Assembly: GCA_031549385.1 (NCBI GenBank)
Contig: JAVBPW010000006.1
Coordinates: 1-64,000, forward strand
Direction of reading: 5' to 3'
DNA length: 64,000 bases
Source: Alphaproteobacteria bacterium
GTDB lineage: Bacteria; Pseudomonadota; Alphaproteobacteria; Rs-D84; SZUA-605
How positions within the stretch are numbered: position 1 is the first letter of the stretch; the number at the start of each line of letters is the position of its first letter. The notes under the pieces were generated by a model that saw only the letters and a list, made by a program, of their open reading frames with translations, did not search any database and was not told where the DNA came from. Below, in pieces: positions 10,552-20,700 of the stretch. The translations under genes were made by a program, and so were the position numbers.

Positions 10552-11142
10552 TTAGGCCGCAGAACCTCTTTCAAAAGAGTTATTAGAATTTAACTGAAGG
10601 ACTTTTGCTTTTTCCTTAGTTTTTGTTGTTTTTTCTTTTTGTTTTGCTTGCATTTTTAGTTTTGCTAATTCTATACCATTTTTGCCTATTTTTATCTTTA
10701 AGGCTGATACTTTTTCAGCAAATTCTTCTTTAGAATATTTTCTTTTGTTTTTTACTAAATCCATCAAATTTTCTTTTAATTGCTTTGTCTTTTGTTCCAA
10801 ATCTTTTGATTGTTGGTCTTTTACTTTTTTGGGAGTATCCTTTGTTAGATTTTTAAAAACTTCTTTATGTGAAATTAATTCTTTTATATGTGACAAATCT
10901 TCTTGGGCAAATATTCCTGTATCAGATAAATATTGTAATTCATGTAATGTAGGAAGCGAATCAGATTCAATATAATTTATTCCTGAATGAGCTGATTGTT
11001 TTAAAGCTTCTTTTAAAGTATATGGATCTTTTGATGCATGAGCATAGTATAAATAATATTTAGCTAAATTATTTTTTGATTTTTCACCAACATTTAATTT
11101 ATCTAATTTTTTAACAATACCTTCTATTGAAAATTTTGTCAT
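10552..11142 (-). CDS. Hypothetical Lys-rich coiled-coil protein
   Basis: 196-aa ORF with GAGGGG SD; no recognisable motif. Confidence 0.7.
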   Translation of the reverse strand: MTKFSIEGIVKKLDKLNVGEKSKNNLAKYYLYYAHASKDPYTLKEALKQSAHSGINYIESDSLPTLHELQYLSDTGIFAQEDLSHIKELISHKEVFKNLTKDTPKKVKDQQSKDLEQKTKQLKENLMDLVKNKRKYSKEEFAEKVSALKIKIGKNGIELAKLKMQAKQKEKTTKTKEKAKVLQLNSNNSFERGSAA

Positions 11143-11167
11143 TTATCCCCTCTTATGTTTATCCTTA

Positions 11168-11956
11168 CTATTCTAACTCTAAAGGCAATCTTTTATTTTG
11201 TCTAGCCTTTTTTTGAATAATCCTTTTATTTGATTTTAACAAAATCTTTTTCATTGGCTCTTGATCATCGTCTTGATTTGATAATTCAAATGGATATGAT
11301 TCTTGAACGGTACCACTTACTATTTCTGCTATACGATCAGCTTCTTCTTTTGAACTTGCTGGTAATTCTTCTCCATCTGGAGTTTTAACAAAAAATATTA
11401 CATCTTCTTGGACTTCTGTATCTTCAACTGTATCTTTATTATTTATTGGAAGCGGATTTTCTTCCATAGCTCTTTGTTCTTCTAATCGTTGTACTATTAT
11501 TTCTTTAATAGCATTCATTTTATTTTCTAAATCTTTTTTATACCCCAAAGATGAACGGTTATCACTTTTATTATAATTATGTAAATAGTTATAATAATTA
11601 TCTAATTCTGTTAATGTTACTTCTTCCTGACTTCTTATTGTGGAAAAGCCTTTTAAAAATCTGTCTTTTTTAGGTACTTTTGCTTGTTGTGAATCTGCTA
11701 CTTTTTGAGCAAGTGTTAATGCTTGTTTTAAATTTAATAACTTTGCTTTTTTAGATGATATTAATGTTTTGCTACTTTCTTCATAAACAACTTCACTTGG
11801 TGTTCTGTTTGCTATTGGAAAAACTAAATACTTTGCAGGACTTTCCTGCTTGCCAGTTTGTAGTTTTTCAAATTTTGTTTTTAAAGAGTCTATATTCTTA
11901 GATGTCTTAAAATCAAAATCAAAAAAATGCTTATAATTGGTTTGCTTTTCTGACAT
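11168..11956 (-). CDS. Hypothetical protein
   Basis: 262-aa ORF with GAGGAG SD; acidic then basic C-terminus. Confidence 0.7.
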   Translation of the reverse strand: MSEKQTNYKHFFDFDFKTSKNIDSLKTKFEKLQTGKQESPAKYLVFPIANRTPSEVVYEESSKTLISSKKAKLLNLKQALTLAQKVADSQQAKVPKKDRFLKGFSTIRSQEEVTLTELDNYYNYLHNYNKSDNRSSLGYKKDLENKMNAIKEIIVQRLEEQRAMEENPLPINNKDTVEDTEVQEDVIFFVKTPDGEELPASSKEEADRIAEIVSGTVQESYPFELSNQDDDQEPMKKILLKSNKRIIQKKARQNKRLPLELE

Positions 11957-11978
11957 GTTCTCCTCTTATATTGAATAA

Positions 11979-12908
11979 TTAAGCCTTATTTTCTGTGTTT
12001 AATAATTTGATTTTATCTATCACTACTTTTTGGATTTCATCAATTCCTTTTGATAAATAATCACGTGGGGAAATAGCATTTGGTTTTTCTATTAACGCTC
12101 CTTTAACTCCTTTATAAAATGCGAGTCGAAGATCTGTATCTATATTGATTTTTGTAATACCTTTCTTGATAGATTCTTTTATTAAATTTTCTGATACACC
12201 TTTTGCATTTTGTAAATTTGCTCCTAATTTTTGACACTCTTTCACTAATTCACTTGGAACAGATGATGCACCATGTAATACAAATGGATAATCTGGATTT
12301 AATTCAGTTATCTTTTTTAAAATATCAAATCTTAAATGAGCGTCGCCAGCGAATTTATATGCTCCATGAGATGTTCCTATTGCTATGGCAAGAGAATCAC
12401 ACTTTGTCTGTTTAATAAATTCTGTTACATCTTTTGGATCAGAATATATTGAATCTTTTTGGGAAACATCTACATGATCTTCTATACCTGCTAGACGACC
12501 TACTTCTGCTTCAACTGATACATCAAACTTGTTTGCGTATTCAACTACTTTTTTTGTTACTTTTATATTTTCCGATAATGGCATTGATGAAGCGTCTATC
12601 ATAACTGATGTAAAACCTGCATCTATACAACTTTCACATAATTCAAATGTTGGACTGTGATCCAAATGCAATACAACAGGAATTTTTAAATCTTTTATTT
12701 CCGCTTTTACTACTGCAGATATTACAGGAAGTCCCATATATGTTATTGCAGATGGTGAGAAAGCTAATATAACTGGTGAGTTGTATAAAGATGCACCAGA
12801 TAATACTGCTTTTATTGTTTCTAAATTATTACAATTGAATGCAGGTACTGCAAACTTTTCTTTTAGAGCCTTTTTGAATAAAGACTTAGTATTTATGAGC
12901 TTTGACAT
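11979..12908 (-). CDS. fba: Class II fructose-1,6-bisphosphate aldolase
   Basis: LHLDH, SVMIDAS, VEAEVG, AIGTSHGAYKF, LHGAS and KINIDTD motifs. Confidence 0.96.
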   Translation of the reverse strand: MSKLINTKSLFKKALKEKFAVPAFNCNNLETIKAVLSGASLYNSPVILAFSPSAITYMGLPVISAVVKAEIKDLKIPVVLHLDHSPTFELCESCIDAGFTSVMIDASSMPLSENIKVTKKVVEYANKFDVSVEAEVGRLAGIEDHVDVSQKDSIYSDPKDVTEFIKQTKCDSLAIAIGTSHGAYKFAGDAHLRFDILKKITELNPDYPFVLHGASSVPSELVKECQKLGANLQNAKGVSENLIKESIKKGITKINIDTDLRLAFYKGVKGALIEKPNAISPRDYLSKGIDEIQKVVIDKIKLLNTENKA

Positions 12909-13006
12909 AAGGCTCCCTCCTTATTTCTTTAATTATATTTCATTTGAAAAGTCATTTCAAGTATAATTTGATAATTATAAAATTATATAAATATCAAACT
13001 AAGTTA

Positions 13007-13035
13007 TTGACTTTATTTCACGACTCGTATATAAT
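13007..13035 (+). promoter_or_regulatory. Near-consensus sigma-70 promoter driving a short non-coding transcript
   Basis: TTGACT-N17-TATAAT. Confidence 0.75.
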
Positions 13036-13041
13036 GGTTTT

Positions 13042-13087
13042 ATATTCGTACTTCCCTTAAGCCTCGGTTCCACGAGGCTTTCTTTTT
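13042..13087 (+). ncRNA. Candidate ~45-nt small RNA
   Basis: Promoter, then ATATTCGTACTTCCCTT, then hairpin AAGCCTCG-GTTCCA-CGAGGCTT and a T tract; no ORF. Confidence 0.55.
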
Positions 13088-13353
13088 GCCCTTAATTTGA
13101 TTGAAATTTGAAGATTTTGGTGAATTTGAAGGAATTTGGTAAGTTTTATGGAGTTTGGGGGACTTATTGAGTTTTTACGAATCGCTGCCATGTTTTGTGA
13201 TATGAATCGGTCTTTTTAATCAAATTATGCCTTGAAGCTTATAAATTCCTTTAGGAATTTATGTGTTTAGGAATAAAAGCACCTGTAAATTATTAAAATT
13301 ATATTCGATTTTAAGTATTTTACATTATTTTAAAGATTTTTATTCGTTTTTAG

Positions 13354-13382
13354 TTGACAAATAATAAATTACATCCTATATT
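13354..13382 (+). promoter_or_regulatory. Sigma-70 promoter of the lipoprotein gene
   Basis: TTGACA-N17-TATATT. Confidence 0.7.
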
Positions 13383-13436
13383 GTAAGTATAAAGAGAAAA
13401 TAAATTTAAAAAATCATAAACAAAAAATTAATAATC

Positions 13437-14663
13437 ATGAAAACGTGTAAATATTTTGTAGTATTAGCTCTCGTGGGAGCTATGTTGGTATCGTGTGGTA
13501 AGGAAGAAGGTGAAGATACACCTCCCGTGTTGAACTATAAGGTATCCGTTAAGGACCTTGTAATTAGTGGCGTTAGCGATCAAGCGAAAGCTGAAATCGA
13601 AAGCACTATTAAACGTATCGAAAAAGACTTTCAGGGAAACGGAAAGAACATTGACGAGATTTTAACCTCGGCAAAATCAACTTTCGCATCTCAATTGAAT
13701 TTCATCGATGAAAGCGCCCTGAAGCTGAAATTGGCCGACGGCATTGATGTTTCTGCACCGGTGGAAATGAAAGCTGAAAACGTTTCGAAAGCAGGTAGTA
13801 TAGCTTTTGAAGCCATCCTTATCAATGACGGAAAAACCGTGGACAACAAGAAGTTTGGTATCGAAAGTTCTAAGAAAGCTGAAACTTTTCTTTTAACTAA
13901 AGATTTCGGAAATCAAACTTTGGAGCCAGTTCAAGTAATGACAAAAATTACTGAAATAAACCAAGAAATAACTAGCTTTAAAACAGCTAATTCAATTTCT
14001 TCTGCAAATGTAAAGATAACTTGGAAAAACCTTACAGTTTCACAAGGATCTATTACAGAGCAATGGTTTCTTTTGCAGACTTATTTGCAAGGTTCAGTTG
14101 AATTTTTGAAGATGGAGAAAGTAGTGTTTGCTGATGCTTTTGTAGTAGATAGCTATGAAATTCTTCAAAATTTATTTGATAATGGACTTAGAGTTTCTTC
14201 TTGGGAAGTAAAATCAGGAATTTTATCTTTGAAAAAAATTTTAAAGAATAAAGAAACTGATAGTAACTTCGTTCTTGCTGTAGGAGGTTATACAGATAAT
14301 TTATCATGGGATTTTACCGATGTTCCTATTTTAACTGTAGAAATGATTAATAAATTGTTTACTTTTGTTCTTGGTGGACAAATTGCAATTAATTCAAACA
14401 GTCCTGCAATAGAAATGAGTGGAAATTGGTTCAGAGACCCTAACGAACCCGAAACCAGCACCCTGTTTAAATTTGAACAAGTTTTTAAGTTTAGAACATC
14501 AGGTGTTGACTTTATTGCACCATGGCCAACCAGAAAATTTATTGATGCAAATAACGATTGGACTTACCCTTCAATTGAGACTGCAAAACAGGAAGGTTCT
14601 CAACCTTCTGATATTGTAAAAGCATTATATAATTTCTTCAGTGGAAGAACCTGGCCAAATTAA
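13437..14663 (+). CDS. Lipoprotein of unknown function (SD-less class)
   Basis: Lipobox MLVS-C followed by GKEEGED; A-rich leader without SD; hairpin ATCCCC-TATTTT-GGGGAT downstream. Confidence 0.85.
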   Translation: MKTCKYFVVLALVGAMLVSCGKEEGEDTPPVLNYKVSVKDLVISGVSDQAKAEIESTIKRIEKDFQGNGKNIDEILTSAKSTFASQLNFIDESALKLKLADGIDVSAPVEMKAENVSKAGSIAFEAILINDGKTVDNKKFGIESSKKAETFLLTKDFGNQTLEPVQVMTKITEINQEITSFKTANSISSANVKITWKNLTVSQGSITEQWFLLQTYLQGSVEFLKMEKVVFADAFVVDSYEILQNLFDNGLRVSSWEVKSGILSLKKILKNKETDSNFVLAVGGYTDNLSWDFTDVPILTVEMINKLFTFVLGGQIAINSNSPAIEMSGNWFRDPNEPETSTLFKFEQVFKFRTSGVDFIAPWPTRKFIDANNDWTYPSIETAKQEGSQPSDIVKALYNFFSGRTWPN

Positions 14664-14710
14664 AATATTTAACTTTAAAAATAAATCCCCTATTTTGGGG
14701 ATTTTTTATT

Positions 14711-17700
14711 TTATAATGCTTTTAATTTTAAATTTGGTAATCTACTTATTCCAGTTTCTATCTCAAACACTTTTGGACAGCCGTTTGACACTGGAGTATT
14801 TGAACAATCATAATTGAATGTTCCTGTTGAATCAATTTTATAAGCTTTAGTTACATTAGATGCATTTTTACAAGTTAACTTACGTTCTCCAGATTCATCA
14901 TCTAGGACAAATGAAACAAAAGTTGAATAAGAAGATTCTGGACAAATTGGATTTGAAGGAGTTCCACATTTCCAACATGTTCCTGAATTATATTGTATAC
15001 TAAATGCAGCTAAACAATCACCTGTTGTTTGGTTAATTGTAGTTGCTGGGCTTTCTGTACAAATCTTTATTGAGCAATATTGACAATTATTTGCTGATTT
15101 TGGGTCATATCCTAAAGTACATGTTATATTACCTGAGGCATCTACTGAAGCTTGTAAATTTTTCCACCCTGTTGGCTTAACCCAAGTAGACCTTAAATCT
15201 TTATCAAATTCACAAACAGCATCTCTTGATGTCCAACCATCACCTGTTTTCCAGAAACTAACTGTATTTGCATTAACTGATGCTTTATTACATGCAGTTG
15301 TTGTTGTGTCTGATGTATCAGTTGTATTACAGCATGATGTTGATGTGTAAATTGTTGTATCTGAATATGCTGTTGCGCTATATTTTGGACGACACTCTGT
15401 TACACAATTTGTTGTCGGAATTGTATTTATTGATCCTCTTGCCTTTTGTAACTTTATATACTTTGCTGTGAATGTTGGAGCTGAACCACTTGCTGTGCAA
15501 TAGTTTGTATATTCATCTCCCCAACCTGTAGTGTTGTTTTCCCATTTATGATATTCATAAATATTTGTACTATCTTGAGCTTGTGAACATGCAGTTCCAG
15601 ATGTACCTCCTGTTGGGTCACAACAAAGATCTGTATTTGCACCAGTTGTAGTTTTTTGTGCTGTTGTTAGGCCATATTTTGGGCGACAATCTGTTACACA
15701 TAATGCTACACCCATTGATACAGGTACGTGGTTTGCTGTAGCAGCTGCTGTATTATTATTTGTTTTTGTATATTTTATATGTGAACCTTGAAAATTAGCG
15801 GCTCCAGATTTGTCTGTGCAATAATTTTGATCAGTGCAAGATCCCCATCCTGTAGCATCTACCCAAGCTGAATATAAATGAGAATCCGGTTGTGAAGTTG
15901 CACATTGTCCATCATATTTATTTGTTGTACATCTTGTGTCTTTATTTAATGTATTACCATTTATAACTGTAGCTGTTTCTATTTTATAACCAGCTCCTGC
16001 ATATATATACCTTGGTTGGCAACCATCTAAACATTCATCTGTTTTAATAGGTGAACTTCCTGTTGTAGGTCTTGTCTTTGAATACTTAATATAATTAGTA
16101 TTAATAGAAGTACTTAAACCATTTGCTGTACAATAATTATTATTTGAACAAGCTTGCCAGCCACTTGTTTCTAGCCATTTTGAATATGTATATGCTGAAG
16201 AACCACATGGATAGTTTGCTGCGTCACCTGTTGTATTACATGTTACTGTACTGTTATATGGTGCAGAACTTCCTGTCTGGAATGCGGGTTGGCAAGTCTT
16301 TTGACAGTCATTTATTAAATCAGGTGTTTGTATACTTGGGGTTCCTGTAAATGCTCCAGTACATTGTACAAAACCTTGATTAGCCCAACCTAATGCGTCT
16401 GTCCATGTTATCTTTCTGCTTACTGGTTCTGTTCCATATTTACACCATGCTTCTGTTGCACTTATATATTTGCAAGAATTGTATGTTGTTGCTGTGCTTG
16501 TACCTCTTGTCCATGTGTATGTTGATTTGTATTCACAATCTGATCCTTGGTCTAAACATGTTGTTCCACCATTTAATTTTAAATGAGGAACTGGTTTTAC
16601 TCTGGTTACACATTCTGCTACTCTCTTTTTTGTATTGTTTGCTGTAGCGTCAACTTTGTTTATATCTACATATGCTACTTGAGTAATTGTTGTGTAATTA
16701 GTACATTTATTTATTTGAGATGTTGAATCCCATCCATTTGCTGCTACCCATCCAAAATATTTGTAAGCATCATCATCTGAACGTACATAATCACATGCTT
16801 CTTTATTTGCATCAGTTGTTGTTGCAGCTGTTATAGATTTATTACAACAATCACTTATAGAATTATCTTCTATTTTTGCTGTTATCCAACCAACTTTACT
16901 TGCTGCACCTGCTTCAAATTTTGGTTGGCAATTTGTTACACATTTATCTAATTTAATAGAACCTGTTTGGTCTTTTGCTATTTTATTAGTTAGGTAATCA
17001 CTTATACCTGTGTTTATATTTGCCTTGCTGTAATGTATCCACTTTGCAGCAGTGGCTGTTGCATCACGATCAGTGCAATTATTTATAGTTGAACATGTAC
17101 TCCAACCATAACCATCATCCCATGTTGCATATAAATATCCTGATGAAGCACTACAATTATTGTACATAGCTTCTGTTTCTACACAAACTGTTGTACTTCC
17201 AAATTGTGGGCGACATGTCTTTAAACATTTTGTTACTTGTAATCTTCCTGTCGCATTTTTATTTATCTTTCCACCTTGTGTATCTATTAATGCATTAGTT
17301 GCTGATGTATTATCATTGTCATATTCACCTGATATATATTTAGAACCTGTAGTGCCTTCTAATGATGTAGAACAACGATTTACTTTATTACATGCACTCC
17401 ACCCCGCTGTATCACTCCATGCTGAATAGTTATATTCACGAGCTCTTGGGAAACCATCACAATTATCATGTGTTACTGGTGTTAAATTACATTTTTCTAC
17501 TGCATGAACTTCTAATGCTGAAGCAGCTGGATTTGAATATGCTGGTTGGCAAAGGTCTACACAATCTGTTGTTACAATTGGAGTTGTAACTCTTGTTTTA
17601 GAATATTCTATATAAGCTATTGGTTTGTTAGTTGGTTTTGCACCTGCTGCATAACAATAATTTTTTTCACATGTTGTTGCCCAACCATTTTCATCTGTCC

Positions 17701-20700
17701 AACCATAATATGTGTATGTATTTACTGTACATGCTGAATAACCTTCTGTTGTACATTTTGCAGCATCATATGTTGATAATCCTGCATAGAATGCACACTC
17801 TTCTGCTATTGTATTAAATTCAGTTTTGTAATCGCCTAACTTTTTATTTACTAATAATGATGCAGCTTTTGTTGGACGACATAAGTGCACTTTTAAATCA
17901 CCTGAAGCTATTGCTTCTTTTGTTAATACATAATTCTTTTGAGTACCTGATGGATTTAAATTACCTGTAGCTGTCCATGTTAATGGATTTGGTTCTGTTG
18001 CTGATGCCAATTTGTAATCTACCCAACCTGATGAAGTATTCCAATTTGATGGAACATTATCCGTTGCACAACGATACACTTTGTTATCTGTTACTGCTGT
18101 ACAATTAGCTAAATCTGTACATTGCATATTGTCTGGATAGTTTATTAAAATTTGTTGTGGGCGAGTTAATGTCTTCCATCTTAATTCACTCCATAAATCA
18201 TATGATGGACGGAATCTTGAAAAACATGAACTTCCATATATTGTAGATACTGCAGTACCACTTTTTAATCCCCAAAAATCTGCCACTTTTGTTAATACAC
18301 CTGCTGAAAACCCTGATGTTGTACATTGACGTGGTAATAATGTTGGTTTCCATCCTGTTATATTATCCCATTCTGCATAGAATCCACTTCCTGCTATTAC
18401 TTCATAATGAGAATATTTGTTTGCTTCTGGTTGACATGCAGTATTGTTACAAACATCTTTTATTTTAAATAAATCATCTTTTTCAGTTTGATAATTTGCA
18501 TAATAAATAGGTTGTACTTTATCAAAGCAATTATCTGATAGTTTTATTGTGTATGGTTTTATTTCAGTTAAATATCCTGACAATACTGAACCTGTGTCAC
18601 CACCTGTACATAATATAACTGATGAACTTCCATCTTCTGACCAGCTTAACAAATCATTCCATGCATATTTTAATCCTTGATATGTTTCTGGAGCTGGAAA
18701 ATCTTGCTTTCCATTTACATTGTACATTAAATTTGCTGTTCCGTCTGCTTGCAGGCGCATATTTGCTATATCTTGAACTGTTTTGAATTCATTTACACTT
18801 GGGCGATATAGTCTTATTGTTTTTACATCTAGTGCACCTGTTATATTTGTGTCTGGTGTTGAATTTGTTGTATCTTCATAACCTACTACCCAACCTGTTT
18901 TATAAACTGATGAAGCTGTTTGTATGTTTGAACCATTTTGATAGTCTGATCCCCAATTTAATATACAATTTGTTTCCCAACCTGTTGCGTCTACCCATAA
19001 TCTTATATAGCCCTCTTTTCCTGATGGACAACTTTTCTTTGAAGAAACTACATGAGTATCTGTATAAACTGTTTTAGTCCCAGTTTGAATTGGTTGTGGA
19101 TTTGGTTCTTCTTCTGTCGGTTCTGGTGTTGTATATACAGGTTCTGTTGTTGTAACTTTGTAATTACTTGTTTTTGTAAAGTTCTTATATTTAAATGCAG
19201 AACGTGGATTGATTTTACTTGCTGTATTTAAATCTGCTGCTTCACGACCTAAAAATACTTTATTTGTTGTACTCTTAATCTTATCAACAGTAAAATCTGT
19301 TGTCATTGCTGTATATGTTGTTGAACCTAAACCACTGTAGTCTGGACGCCATAAATATACACATTCTGATTTTGATGGCGGAGTGTCTATAAATGATGCA
19401 GGGAAAGAATTTCCAAAAATCATGTTTGTACAATATCCATCTGTATTTGCACAAGTAGCTGCTGTAGAATCTTGCTTCTTAAATAATGTTACTATGTAAT
19501 TTTTATATTCAGCTTTATTGAAATTTACCGCATCAGTACCATCACAGAAATTTCTTTCACAAAGTTTTTGTGTGCTTGTCATATTCTTTACATAACCGTC
19601 ATTACAATCACCTTTTTCAAATGCACCAAAGTCTATTTTAGAAAACCCTTCTTCTGTTACAAGTTCTATTACATGGGCTGGATTATCTGTTTGACCAACT
19701 GTGTTTGAAGTTAATGTTCCTGAAGCTGTTGGTAGGTAATAATAGTGACTATTATAATCTATTTGTGTATATCTTGCACCCATTGGAGCTGGCTCTGCAC
19801 TGTTGTCTGCTGGTACACAATATGCTTTAGCTTGAATTTCTTTTATTGCAGAATTATATACTCCTACAAATTTCATAACATAACCTGCTTTACATGATGT
19901 AGCATTAGCTTTACATACTGTACTTGCAGTTTGCCCTTGAGTTCCCTGCTTTGAATCAAAATAATCATTATATGGACATGGTGTATCATGCCATACTAAT
20001 CCACATATCCCACTTGTTCTTATTGAACCTGCACGACATCCGTTGTATTGAGTTGCATTTGCACATTTTCCATTTACTACTTCACAAAAAGCTAATTCAT
20101 TGTGAGATATAATAGTATTTCCTGTGTTTACACACTTATTTCCTGTTCCTGTATCATTACAAATTGTATAATATGTATATGGTCCACCATTAAATTCTGT
20201 TGCTGTTCTTGTTACTGAATATGCATCATTTGGAAATCCTGTTGGTGGGGTCCAACAATCCATTGTGCCATTTGTATTTAATACAGTAACTTGATTGTAT
20301 CCACATTCTAATACACTACTTGCTGTTAAACATACTACACTTGTTGGAGATTTTGTTGCTGTGCTTGATGGTAAACAATTTGATACTATACCTGCAACTT
20401 CATCTCTTGTTCGACAATATCCTGTTGGACATTTATATTGTTCTAATGCCTTTTTAACTTCGTCTTGATTTGCTACGTCAGAATCCATTGTTTCTTCACC
20501 TAACGGGTCATAACATTTGTTAGTATTTATATTGTAAAAGAAATATGGTTTGCCCATTCTTCGACAAATATCATTATTTGTTCCTCTGTTTTCTGTTTCA
20601 CAGAAATAATAAAATAGTTGCTTATCTCTGGAGAGTGTATTTCCATCAATGTCTGTTTTAGGCAAATTTGTAAACATTTCCCAGAATTTTTGATATAAAA

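Noticed and set aside
13095-13265. Imperfect tandem AATTTGAAG..TTTGGT repeats and hairpin ATAAATTCCT-TT-AGGAATTTAT
   Set aside because: Only two short copies in low-complexity DNA; no supportable function.
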